DNA of 64,000 nt from Lingula anatina (lineage: Eukaryota > Animalia > Brachiopoda), in assembly GCA_051362555.1 (NCBI GenBank), contig CM120640.1:14880001-14944000 (forward strand), read 5' to 3'. Shown piece by piece: positions 37,961-50,100 of this stretch; the first letter of the stretch is position 1, and each line of letters starts with the position of its first letter. The notes under the pieces were generated by a model that was not told the DNA's origin, did not search any database, and saw only the letters and a program-made list of their open reading frames with translations. A program made the translations under genes and the position numbers.

Positions 37961-39135
37961 TCACTCCTCCTTTTTCTTCTCGGTTTTCTTGAAATGATTC
38001 GTTAAGACGACTGCTAAAACGGTGCCCATCAGAGGCCCAAGCCAATAGACAATAATGTGCTCCAGCTTCGTATTCCCCGGACACCCGAATCCCTGCGCGG
38101 ATGCATTTGCCGGATTGAAGTAACCGCCGGTGAAATGAAGACCTGAAAGTGAGAGTAAATGGTTTTTATGTCGTGTTTTATTTTCCACATTTATATTGTG
38201 TGTATTTTATATCTCATATTGCACAATCGTATCGTATTATGGTGGTTATTTAAGTAATAAATGGGATGTGTGCAGAATCATTTCGGACTAATTCATTCCT
38301 TGTTCCACAAGAACACTCTTTTGTTTTAGACAAAGTAAAACTTGCTAAGGAATATGTTTATGATTTATATATGATGACTAACTCACGCAGCAGATTAATT
38401 CTGAAGTAGTGCCAAATAAGTACAATATCTAATGTACACTTTTCAACTAAACGTGAAAATATTTTATATAAACCGTTATCAAAGAGACGGGCTCGTATCA
38501 AAAAGAAAAACAGCCAACTTACAAATCATGACCAGCAACACGTTCAGCGTCACCTTTATCGGATCCTCTAGTTTCCCAAGGAAGGGGAGGGCGTTGAGAG
38601 CCAGCCAGATACTGGCAACGGCGCAGGTCATTTCAATCACAGTCCCTAGTGGGATGTCCACAGTCAGGTCCGAAGCACAGGCAAATTTAGACCAACGGTC
38701 AGCGTGTGTTGGGCATAACTGAAAGCTCCACAACCCCATAGAAAACCAATAACTGACCGGTCCGGCAAGCATCTGCAACGCCATTGCCACAAGGGTGGAC
38801 CCCAAACCTTGTTCCTTGTTAACGAAAAGGGCGAATTTGCCGCAGGGATTACATTCACCCTCAGACTGAGTCCACCAGTCGAAAAGTTCTGCTGCCAAGA
38901 GCGCTAGACCAAAAGCGACGTCTCCATAGAAACTGAGCAAAACACAGGCCTCCCAGGTGTAAACGCATTCCTGAAAAGACGCTATGAAATCGATGGCGTG
39001 TTCCTGAGCGGATTGCGGTAGTGCTGCACGCACGATTCTCTTAGATGTTCTTGTGACGATAATAGTGACGATGAATGAGATCAGACAGGTAGTGAAGTTG
39101 TGCAGGTCTTCGTGGTCATGAAGGTAATCCCACAT
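37961..39135 (-). CDS. Unorthodox (super)aquaporin, AQP11/AQP12-like, about 264 aa
   Basis: Exons 39135-38523 and 38142-37961 (T|GTAAGT...TTTCAG|GT, 795 nt). First pore motif is NPC (EGECNPCGK). Second is TGGYFNPA, followed by a Cys nine residues later (NPANASAQGFGC), then VYWLGPLMG. The start Met is inferred; an acceptor lies at 39151-39152. Confidence 0.88.
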
Positions 39136-40809
39136 CAGTTCCACGTAATCCTTTGAAATGAAAAGAAATTAGAGTTATTTTTAATGGTCGTCATAGAAGA
39201 AAGTAAAAAAGTGCAAATATTACTGCAATCAGGACAGTTCTATTTTTTACGAAATGAAGTTTGTTTTTACCATTAAAAAATCCCGTTAAGATGAGATTAT
39301 AATTTTTTATCTATACAATGCTGTAGCAAGTGCCAAATTTAGTAATCAAACAGGCCAGGAGACAATGAATACGATAATGACTTGCTGAACACGTGTGACA
39401 AGGCAATGGGATTAATGCCTACCAAGAAATTGTACTACTTCTTTGCCTACTACAACATTTATGTCGTTTAGCCTTTCCTACCCACAGCCTATATAAGACG
39501 TCACGAAATAGTTACCCTAAAAATTTGGGCATGACTATGAACAATATTGAATAAATGTTGTTACAGTGTAAAAAAAGAATTAATGATTATACGGAACATA
39601 TTTCGGAGTTAATAGGTGTTGCATATCTTATCTATTGCATATCTGCATATAAATATTGCATATCTTATCTATAACGGTTGGAATTTTTAGAGGAAAGAAA
39701 TTGGAAAGCTTCTCCAACCAGGCTAATAATGATGGTTGGTAAAAAAAACTTCACGGGTGGCAGGAGCTGGTGTTATTCGGATCACGTTTGTGCATCCCAC
39801 TTCGTATAAATACGTAACCCATATAACAGGGAGAGAAACACCGCATGCTATGAGAGAATAATACGCTACATTAGTCTTTGAGTATATTGTTCTCTTAGCC
39901 TATATATGTGTCAGACGTCACCACCATGGTTTAAAACCGCAGCTTCTTAAATAAGATTCAGACGCTTGATTTTTGTATATCAAGCATAAACCACATGAAA
40001 TATGCCTAAAATGAACGCACCGAGCTTTGATGATCAAATTCTCAAGGTGTTTATCCAAAGAACACTGCTGCCAAAAATAATCAGCAACTGAGCGCCAAGG
40101 TAGTCTTTTAAAAACTAACCTGGAGGTGCTGATAGTGCTGCGCGATACTGATATATTAGCAGACTTCACCATGTGTATAAATAACGTATCTGGTCATTTC
40201 AGCTGTCGGATTTCGGAGAGGGAGACGGAAATAACCGCGGAATTTTTTTCCACAAGGTTGCTGAGATGGGGTCCGTGCTGTCTTGTGGAATGTTTGGAGG
40301 AAGTCTCCAGTAGTCTAAACACAAATAACAAGCAATAGTGGCCTATCTGCGATGAGAATTTTGAGTTCGAAGGCATATGTACGCAGTTTGTTTCTTTTTC
40401 AAGAATGGGGAGAATATACTGAGTTTAGTACAAATGTGCAAATGTGTAACGCACTATAGCATCCAGGAGGAATCACTTTGTCAAATACTGATTTTTTTCA
40501 TAAAAATTGCAAAAAAAAAAAAAAGGTGCAAATTGGAATGTCAAAAGATGGCCTTGATATATGAGTGTAACCGTAGAAAACAAGGAGAAGTAAAGTCTTT
40601 ATATATGACGCCTTGATTACACAGTCGTTATGCTTGTAAATATAGATACAGTGCCGCCGGAATATCCCCTTACCAAATGGCCGTATGGTTTCCCAACCCT
40701 GCCCCATATGGTCGAACAATAGAGGCCGTATGATAATTACAGGGTAGGGGAATCCCCAAGCAATCCTTATCGGACACCCAAATTAGTCGGTTCAACGAAC
40801 ACGGTCTGC

Positions 40810-41395
40810 CCCTTCTTATTTGCCTCACTTAAGGTTTCTATTATTAATAGCTGATGCAAAGAGATTGCTATCGACAAGAGCAAACAATACCGGGTTATGT
40901 ATCAACTGCAACAGAAGACTCGAGTAAAGGCAAGTCAAATATTAGAACAAAACTCTGAAGAACAAATCAGGCTTAGTTTTAAAACACGTATAACAATTTT
41001 ATTTGATGATAATAAGTCACGATCAACAAAAGCGTAGTTAAAATGGAAATTTTTAAATAGCTAATACATCAAATAAATATCAATGTCTCATTACCTGTAT
41101 TACATGTGTTGCTAGTTTAGTAGCCTGATGCACGACCTTCTCTCTCAAGTACCGCTGAAATCACCTACTTTATGTGATTAATATATTTATTACTGTATAA
41201 TACACTTTTCTGCCTTAATATGGTCATCTCCTCGTCTATAACGTTCATGTGGAGCAGGTCAACCTTTGAGGGACGTCCACTTCGTGGCTTATCTGCAATA
41301 CCAAGCCCTTCGTCGTATTTCTTTAACGCATAGTAAATGGCTTGTCGCGACACTTTATGGCCTTCATTTTCCATTTCCATCAGTGACATAAACAT
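40810..41395 (-). pseudogene. Decayed Tc1-like transposase (N-terminal HTH region; no catalytic DDE domain found)
   Basis: GHKVSRQAIYYALKKYDEGLGIADKPRSGRPSKV has an HTH plus the GRP linker. Further remnants are FQRYLREK (about 41140-41160) and TRYC...LSEANKK (40895-40812). The frame is broken by stops and shifts. Confidence 0.7.
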
Positions 41396-41762
41396 GTCAT
41401 ATTAAACAAAATACTTATTGGCCATTTAGGAAGTCCAGATACACAAACGATCTTGTTGACACGTGTCAGTTGATTTAGAATTATGTGCAATTGATTAGTT
41501 CGGATTGAAGAGCGTCATCGCAATGTTAACATTAATTTTAGACGACGCGTGTCACACAGTAGTGATTATGTAATAGTCAGGGCTTAATCACTGTGTTTAC
41601 CCAGCATGAATAAAGCTCACCTGAACTGATTGTTAATTAATGTGAGATGACACGTGCCAACCAGTGAAGTTAGCCCGAGAGATTGTAATCCATTTTTTTT
41701 TTAATTAATTTCTTTTGATGCGTTTAAGTATGAAGAAGGCTTTTGGTTAAGTTTGGGCTTTA

Positions 41763-42166
41763 GATCGTAAAGATGAACTGAATTACATATCAAACAATGA
41801 TAGAGAAACAGTTCCTACTTTGTGTCCTACAGAATCAAGGAATCAGTCTTTCGGCCGGCCACCCGTCGCCTTGTCAAATAAAGAAATATTCGAAATTCGA
41901 CAACGGGCCAGTTCCCCAGGCAACTTTTGCGTTCAGTTGATGGGAAGGTTGTTTACGATTGATGAACGAATACGAAAGGACAGAAATGTTACGGGTGTAG
42001 ATGGGAGAGATTCTATATGCAAATAAAGTCTGAACTATATTAAAGATATGGCTAACAAAATGTTTATCACTGAAACAACTGACAAATCTTTTTTGGAAAT
42101 AAATGCATTTCGTCTATGAACAAAACTAATAGAAATATAAGGACATACTATAAAAGTAAATTTTAA
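41763..42166 (+). pseudogene. BEN-domain-like gene remnant inside the Tc1-type element
   Basis: RQRASSPGNFCVQLMGRLFTIDERIRKDRNVTGVDGRDSICK*SLNYIKDMANKMF...(frameshift near 42095)...NKCISSMNKTNRNIR resembles the BEN pattern (SxxNFxxxLxxxLFxxxE...NVxGxxGK..L....LxxIK......F.....WxxCxxxIN). In-frame TAA at 42024-42026; AATAAA at 42209-42214. Confidence 0.62.
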
Positions 42167-43781
42167 TCTTGTTAATGATACGTATATAGTAAAGACAGTT
42201 TGAAGCCTAATAAATATTACATGTACAAGTAGTGTTTTATTTGATCTTTAATGAATTCAAAAATTCATTTATTAAACTCTATGTAAATTCAATCAATTCA
42301 TAGCTACAATGAACACGAAAATTGCTGTCATCACCGAATCTTTTTGGTAAAGTGACTTTAAGAAATCAATGTTGGCAAGTTCTTTTACTTAAAATCTCCG
42401 TATCAGAGTAGAGTGATCAGAGTAGAGTGAAGCCACCGCGCATTAAAGGTCAATTAACGCTTGGCGAGCACTTAATTGCGACCACGCTCACCTTCGATCT
42501 TTATCTCAGCGAGCTAGGGTTAGGTTCTTTTGTTAGCAGAAAGTTTGTCACGATAATTGCCCGACGGGCAGGGTATGGAACTATTGTTAACAGAAACCAA
42601 ACAGCGTATTGATGGCAATGTTATTTCCATAGTAACCGAGCCAGGCCGTCCGTACAACCCGCAGCGACCCGGAGGGTAAGTAAGGGGAGATTCCGGCGGC
42701 ACTGTAGCATATCATTCACATCGAAGTCGCTCACTGATATGTTCATCGGCACTGATATCGGATTAGAAGCCTTCGAGTAAGTTTGGGTCAGGGAGATGCG
42801 TTCGATTTACTTAATGACGCGCGAGATGTTTAGTGCAGTGTATTGGTCAATAAGGAGTCTATTAACACTGCTTCAGCCGAACTTCTTCGATTCAAGCTTC
42901 AATTATCATTGGGAGGTGGGGGGGGGGGGGGTCCTGATGCTGTCTGTTTTAGTGATCTCATGCAGATTATAGATCGTTACCTACTTTTCCAGTGCTCTTC
43001 TTATTATAGTAACAGGCAGCGCTGTATTTCTTCAAAATATCTACGGGTTAAACGTAAACACAGACGGCAAAAGAAGGAGGTTGACTGATGTCAGCTCATC
43101 GATAATGACGGCTGTTCGTTTATATTGTGTATCTTATCTATACAAGGACCTACCCCTGTCCCAGACTCGAAATCACTGGCGTTTTTCGTCACTGGCTTCT
43201 GTTTCGTCGCCATTGCTTGGCCGCCGCTGCTCCCCTTCCCTGGATCTAAGCTGTTATCTATTTGCTATTCCCAACAAACACACGCACATGAAAATAGCTC
43301 TATACCTGTACAAATGATAGTAGACGCAGTACCGAGATACCTGCTAGATTTCACTGGCACGAGTTTACCTGTACATTCAGTAGTAATACAGTAAGGATGT
43401 GAGGAATCCGTATAAAATCCAACGTCTATTAAAGCCTCATTCTGTAACCACACTGCATAATGCAATCAAAGAAAAAATTGGCTGTGCATTTTGAAACCAC
43501 GGCGCACTTTACAAACACTTTTTCTTACTTACTGGAAAGGTTTGAAGAACTGGAAAGAAATCACGGTACATTGGAAAAGCATATATCTATAACATTCGTC
43601 CCCAAGGCTGAGGAGGAAAGAACATGGCGTTACCCTGACACTGCCCGCCGTAGTAGTTTCACTGAATATTCTACAAAAGTGGTTGGAACTATCTTTATCT
43701 CTTTTTTATTGTTTTATGATGAGGTTTCATCGCTGTAATTTCAATTTAGCTCATGGATAAAGGGTGTTTATATCTACGGTA

Positions 43782-44979
43782 GGGGAGACCGGGGCTAGTC
43801 AAGGGGGCCAACTTGCCCCGCCACAGTGATCTCTACTCTGTGACAGGGGCAGGTCCTTGTATAGATAAGATACACAATATAAACGAACAGCCGTCATTAT
43901 CGCAAGTTGGCCCCAGGGTCGGGGCAAGTTGGCCCCCCTATAATAAAAATGAGGTATGTATCCCATCTAAACGCCTTGAAATACATTTAAACATTATTTA
44001 TTTATTAAATTGATTTTTGAGAGTCTTTGATGAATAAATAGTTCAAATGTGGCAGATTTATTGAGGTTTCCGTACGTCACGTTGTGTGGGGGGGGGGGGG
44101 GGGGGGTATGTGTTGCAAGAACCAAAAGATCAATAAAATTTGTTTTGTTTGATTAAGAATAAATTAATAATGGTATAAAGCCGGCTTTTAATGAATGAAA
44201 ACGAATAATAAATTGTCGTTTAAAAGAAAGTAACAAATTCAGTTTTAAACCATTGAGTTTGTTTCAACAATGGTCTCTAGCTAGGGAGAGGTGGAAAATC
44301 TCCTTTGGACCACATATAACACGTATAAATACAAAGGAATCGCCTTACAATGAATTAAGGCAAAATAAATGTTTTTCTAAGGAAAGTCCAATGGATTTGC
44401 TTTTCAATACATACGATCAAAAGAACATTTCTAATATAAATTTTCGAAAAGACACAATAGAGCAAATTATATAAAATCAATCAGACGGTAAACACCGGCA
44501 AGCTTTGTCAATTTCACCAACTTGTTTATTTCAAACAGCGTTGCGCGCAAAGGATTGTGGGTAAAAAATATGAGGGTCCAACTTGCCCCGAGTCAAGGGG
44601 GCCAACTAGCCCCGGTGCACATTATTTATTTTAAAGGATGGCAGCAATTTATGGTGCTAGAATGAGAAACGATGATACATCTCTGTGAAACTTGAAACAA
44701 TGAGCTTCAGTTTGATGCCCTATACATATTTTATATTCGATCAAAAGCCTATGAAAATAGATTTTTCAATCTCTTAAACAAAATTACTTTTAGGTGCAAA
44801 AATCGTTTATTTGGACTCACCGCTTAATTAAAACTTTTTAACGTCCGACACTTCTTTAGCATTGTAGGCTACGGTCACTTTACAAGAGTAGGTGGCCAAT
44901 TTTTTTACCTCGTAGTTACTTTTTCATAAATTGACGGGGGGCCAACTTACCCCGGGATCCAACTAGCCCCGGTCTCCCC
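43782..44979. mobile_element. Non-autonomous TIR DNA transposon/MITE, 1198 bp, TA-flanked (Tc1/mariner-pogo-like by TSD)
   Basis: Perfect TIR GGGGAGACCGGGGCTAGT (43782-43799) / ACTAGCCCCGGTCTCCCC (44962-44979), with TA at 43780-43781 and 44980-44981. Internal copies of GGGGCCAACT(T/A)GCCCCG occur in both orientations. No transposase ORF. Confidence 0.88.
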
Positions 44980-45826
44980 TACAATGTGTTCTAGCAGAAT
45001 TATTTTTTTCTGCCATTTTGTAAACTAATCAATTCGATTTATTTGATTTAATTTAGATCTATATACGCGTTTTTATGAAGGAAAGGTTTGCATATTATTT
45101 CTTACACATGAAACGAATGATATCATTTTATTATTCCTTTTTTAAATTGCACTACAAAACTCAAATTGGACTTCATTTACAAGACCGTGGAGGAAAGGGT
45201 CACGTTGAAGTCCACTTGTTTTTGAAAAAAAATTATCAAAATCATTATATAAAAAAACTGAATGAGATCATAAACTAATAAATAGAGATGTAATTAAACT
45301 GGAGGAAATGTGGCAGGCGGTAGGAATAGATGTATTTCTTGGTATGCCACAGCACCCACAGTAACCACAGACCGTTATCATGCTTTCTAATGCATAACAA
45401 ATTTTGGAAATATAATTTTATTACTTGTAATGGACCCAACATAAAACTATCACAAATATGGACAGGTTTACTCTGTGCACTGTATAAGAATAAGAGAGTT
45501 TTTATTTGAACATTTTGCACAGTAGATGAAAGACTAAGTAAAAGCTTAGCTTGTTTTTGTTTTATTTTTGTCACATAAAATTTGTACATTCAAATGTGTT
45601 ATTTGTCATTGTAACTAAGACGTCTTTAATTAAGCATTTTAAATTATTGTAACTTTATGAAGGCTATGGGGAATAATAGGTTGTATACATCCACCTTCTG
45701 TACATCAAGTTTGATCGCTATTACAACAACTGGAGTCCAGTTCATTTTTTATTATTATTTCTTTTTGTTGCACCCTGCAATAGGCGTGTCCTTACTGACG
45801 TAGAAGTCTTTTCCATAAAACACACC

Positions 45827-46000
45827 TGACGTCAAAGTTACCGGTTTATGATCCATGTCCATATACATATCAAGACTTGCTACACACGGACCCTCCCCTC
45901 AACCACAATAGAAAACCAAATACCTGCGCCCGTAATGAGAGCATAACAAAAATAGTCGGTATAAAAGGGGCGTCGGCTTAAAATTGTCTTATTATTAGTT
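45827..46000 (+). promoter_or_regulatory. Candidate core promoter of the VWA7-like gene (CRE palindrome, TATA box, Inr-like sequence)
   Basis: TGACGTCA at 45827-45834, TATAAAAGGGG at 45960-45970, TTAGTT at 45995-46000. A splice acceptor (TCTCAG|) at 47100 just before the ATG suggests a non-coding first exon. Confidence 0.4.
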
Positions 46001-47108
46001 TGTATGACAGGAGCCTATCGAAGCGCACCGTTAAAGTGCCTAGCAATCAGTATCAAGTTACTTCTCGTCCATAAATGTTTTCTTTCTTGATATAATTTGA
46101 CACGTATTCATGTACTTCAGCAGCAATTACATCCCATTAGCTATATAACTTGACACTTAACAAGAAAAAAAATTGGATCGCACAACATTGGATGTATCCT
46201 AGGCTAGTCATTCTGATTCAGTTAACCACGCCGTTGGCAACTGTTGATCTTATTTCAACTACTTTTGAAGAAAATGGTATGTTGGTAAACATATTCACAC
46301 ATGCACAGTCAAGCTTTATCGATCTTCCAATGGGTTTTCACAGCAAGCGTTATAACTTAGCGATACAGCTGTTCTTATATGTTTGAGAGGTTCTATCATG
46401 TAATAACGTGAGGAAAAACTCCCTTTGACAAGCTCTCTCAAGTTCGATTCCTACCGTTAGTTAATTAGTGTATTATTATCATTCAGTATTATTATAAGAA
46501 AGCATTAAGATAAATTTTCTATTTTGTACTGTTTTCTCCCGTGTGGCTAAGCAGCTAAAATGGCAACCGTATCTGTGACTAGAAGATGAAAAGAGATAAA
46601 GTTTACGAGATACTGATTATAAAGAAAGGTAGGCGTAGGTACCAGTAGATACAGCAACAAAAAGCGAACAAACACACGCTCCACCCGTTATTGTAAGGTG
46701 AGACAGGGTATGCAAGGACAATTGATTAGTAAGTAAACAAGAGAAGTGAAATAAACTCATATGGGTAACACCCATAAAATTATGTTGGTATAAGGTTTCA
46801 AAAACGTAACAAAAATGTTGACAGCAAGATTATCACCTTCTTCACAGCCGTGTATGAGTTAGACGTTCATACAGATATTTACTGTTTGTTTGAGGGATGA
46901 ACACAGATAATAGTCTATAATAATACTTTTCTTTTACGAAAAACATCTAACAGAGCAGCCAGCTTCGTTCGTGTTGACAGAATGCCGCAAGTATTCTGTG
47001 CTACGTTTGAATTCTCCGGATTACAGAGAGTTAAAAATGCGAGTGATTTAGGTGTTTTTTTATATTCTTTTCACTTCTAACTTATTGCTGGGCATCTCAG
47101 GTATACAA

Positions 47109-50100
47109 ATGGAGACCGTGGCGTTCATATATAATTTATTCACTGTGTTATACATCGTTAAAATGACCGTGGCCTTTATGCCAAACTTCAGCGTGGAGAA
47201 GTCGAATGATCTTCGGGACGCCAGAACCCATGCCAATATAACCAAAGAAGCAGCTCTGCAAACACTGGCTGAGTATCTATTTGACCACAGACAAGCAACG
47301 AAAGCAGACGATAGCGCGCAGTCAGTGTCGTCTGCTTCTGAACTATACAAATGGCATTTTGGAGAACAAAATGTTACCACCAAAATGTTCACCGTGGCAA
47401 TGTTACAGATAGAGGATGGATCTGCCTCTATGGATCTCAGCAATGCTTTTAAGGACTTATCGTCTGCTCATTTTGATTCTGAAAGGATTTCGGAGAGCCA
47501 AAATAGACTGGTTGCCGAGAGGATAAAGGTGGCTCTTCTACTGATGAACGGGGATATTGAGGGAGCACGAATGGCAGCCGGTGGTTTTTTACACTCTTTA
47601 CAAGATTTTTACAGTCACTCAAACTGGGTCGAAATAGGGCATCAGTCCCAAAACTTAAATCTAGGTAAATGAATATTGATGTTGTTTCCTTTATCTTGAA
47701 TAGGAAAGGTAAAATGACTTCCAGGGCCAAAAAGGATGGTTTTGAAAAACATCTAAATAGGCCTATCTGTGACCTTTATTGAAACTTTCAACATTGTCCG
47801 ATTGTGGGAATACCAGATTTTTTTTTCATTATGAGATGCAATAAGAAAACGTTCTTGCAGCAAATAATTGCAGAAAAAAATGTACATTTTCTCAAGATGT
47901 GTTTTATTCAAGGTGAGTCCGAGCGATCTCTGGGAAACACGGCCCATCCAAGTGCTCAAACCTGTGCAAACTGTGACTCGGAGAGTTGCAATGGCAACAT
48001 ACTAAGCAACATACAGGACGCTAGACTACTGACCAGTGGGTATGTGGCCGGACAGAAGGACAGTAACGGAAATCTGGTGACAAAACGTGTCGGTAAGTGA
48101 TTAAATTGTAAAGTAGGCTACCTTTTTAATGTTGTCTTGATACTTTATATTCCTTTATTTCATCAAGTGCCATTTAACGCGTCTGTTCCGTCGTAGGGAA
48201 ATGCAGTCACGGTGGAATCATGGATTCCTCAGCCACTGAGTCCGCTACAGGGGGAATCAACAAAGATACTCCAAACGCCAAGTTATCACCTCATCATTAC
48301 CTTCATCAATCGGTAAGAGCATAAGACAGAAAATAAGTTTGGATAAAAAAGAAGTTGTTTTTAAAGGCAAAATCCAGCATGTCTAATGTTTGTAATAATA
48401 GGTAGGTTAATAACAATTTCTTTGTTGAATGTATATCAAGTGGTAAGGTCGCCTTAATACATGTATCAAGTCGTGCCTCTGTGGCACGTGCCTTTATATT
48501 TATTATTCAAAATACTTGAAAACATTATGGTACATGTACCCATTCCTCTGAATAAACAAGCAATACTGTATCTCACTTCAGGCAGCTGATTTAGCAAAAG
48601 CAGCGACAATTTCATATCTACGGCAACTCCGCCAGTGTCCAGGAGATGGCGTTGTCAGAGAGTTTCTAGGGGCATCTCAAGGCGGCAGTCTATGCATAGT
48701 GTTGGACACCACTGTTAGCATGGCGGACGTCATTGTCGAGATAGGGAATGCCGTGTCAAGGATTGCAGAGACCAGGAATAACTCTGAAGGGATGAAATAT
48801 ATCTTAGTACCATTTAATGATCCAGGTGATTTCATTTATTTATTTTTCTACAAATTTAATATTCTATTAATTTTTTTATCAATTTATTATTTATTAATTT
48901 ATTTTTTGTTTGTTTAGTGTTTATATTTGTGTATATGTTTATGCATTGGCATAGGAGGTGGGAGCAAGGGGGAAAAGCCCCACCACTTTTTCAAACACTT
49001 CAATCATAAGAGCAGGAAGCAGGGCCCAAGGGTGCTCCTCTCCCGTCGCTATTTTTTTCCGAATGGTTAGAACCTTTTTAAAGTTTGCATCCCACACACA
49101 TATTATGTGTGTGCACGTGTGTGAGGTTGAGTCTTATATCGCACTATATGTCAACTCTGTAAAAATTGTTTTAAAAAATATACACTAACAGAGTCAATCT
49201 ACACGCATCAACAAGAATACATTTCCGTGTAATTGAATGTCCAGACACTTGGCAAAATGAATTCTTTTTGTCCGGTATTCGAAATTTAGTTTCAAAGGCG
49301 GACACAAAAGAGAGGTGCGCCCCGTCATTACCACGAGGCTTGGAAAGACAGAAGTACTGCAAAAAAAACATATACATGTATTTCAAAAGAAATCCTCAAA
49401 TATTTGTAGTGGAGAGAGGGGGGGCGGAAAAATGGCCAGTGATTTGGATGTGTTTGTTCTTTTGCTCACATTTTGCCTGTCAGTGAGAGTGATGATTTAT
49501 AACAATTTCATTTCGCATCAAATAAGTGAAAAAGCAATTACGCCTAATATAAAGCTTTAAGCTGTGCATACATGAACAGGGGTCTTACAAGCTAATATTG
49601 CATTGGCATTGTAAGCGAAGGAAGAGCGTTATCAATTTGAGACTACACTGTCCCATTTTGGCTAAATCGAAATAAATGCATACAATATTTCTAATCTAGG
49701 ATATGGTCCAGTATATACCACCTATAATGCCACGGCCTATGCAGAAAAGCTGCGCAGTATACATGCAAAGGGAGGCGGAGACACAGATGAGCAATCGATG
49801 AATGGGCTGCGTCTGGCCTTACATGCCATCCCCCACGGGACGCCAATCTTCGTCTTCACGGATGCTCTGTCGAAGGATTCTGAAGTCGCTTCAGACGTGC
49901 ACGCACTGATTGCGCATAAGAACTCGCCGGTAATACTATATGTTGTATAACATTAAAATAAATAATGAATATTCATTCCAACTTATGCGCCAGCATCAAA
50001 AACACGTCAAAAGCATCAAGTGCTTGGTTATTAAGGACAAAGCACTAGTAATGTTTGATCACTTTTTTTTTTCAGAAAAAAATGTGTCGTAAAATGATTT

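Larger units (their letters stand above)
40649..42704. mobile_element. Tc1/mariner-superfamily DNA transposon, non-autonomous, 2056 bp, with TA target-site duplication
   Basis: 25-bp TIRs CAGTGCCGCCGGAATATCCCCTTAC (40649-40673) and GTAAGGGGAGATTCCGGCGGCACTG (42680-42704) with one mismatch. TA lies at 40647-40648 and 42705-42706. The CAGT terminus is typical of Tc1. Contains a transposase remnant. Confidence 0.85.

Noticed and set aside
42843-43738. Cluster of short ORFs between the two transposons
   Set aside because: No recognisable motif or consistent splice pattern; possibly old TE debris, but I cannot support a call.
48943-49095. G/C-run-rich patch resembling a hAT MITE end (similar patches near 56111 and 57770)
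   Set aside because: No matching opposite TIR or TSD could be identified by eye.
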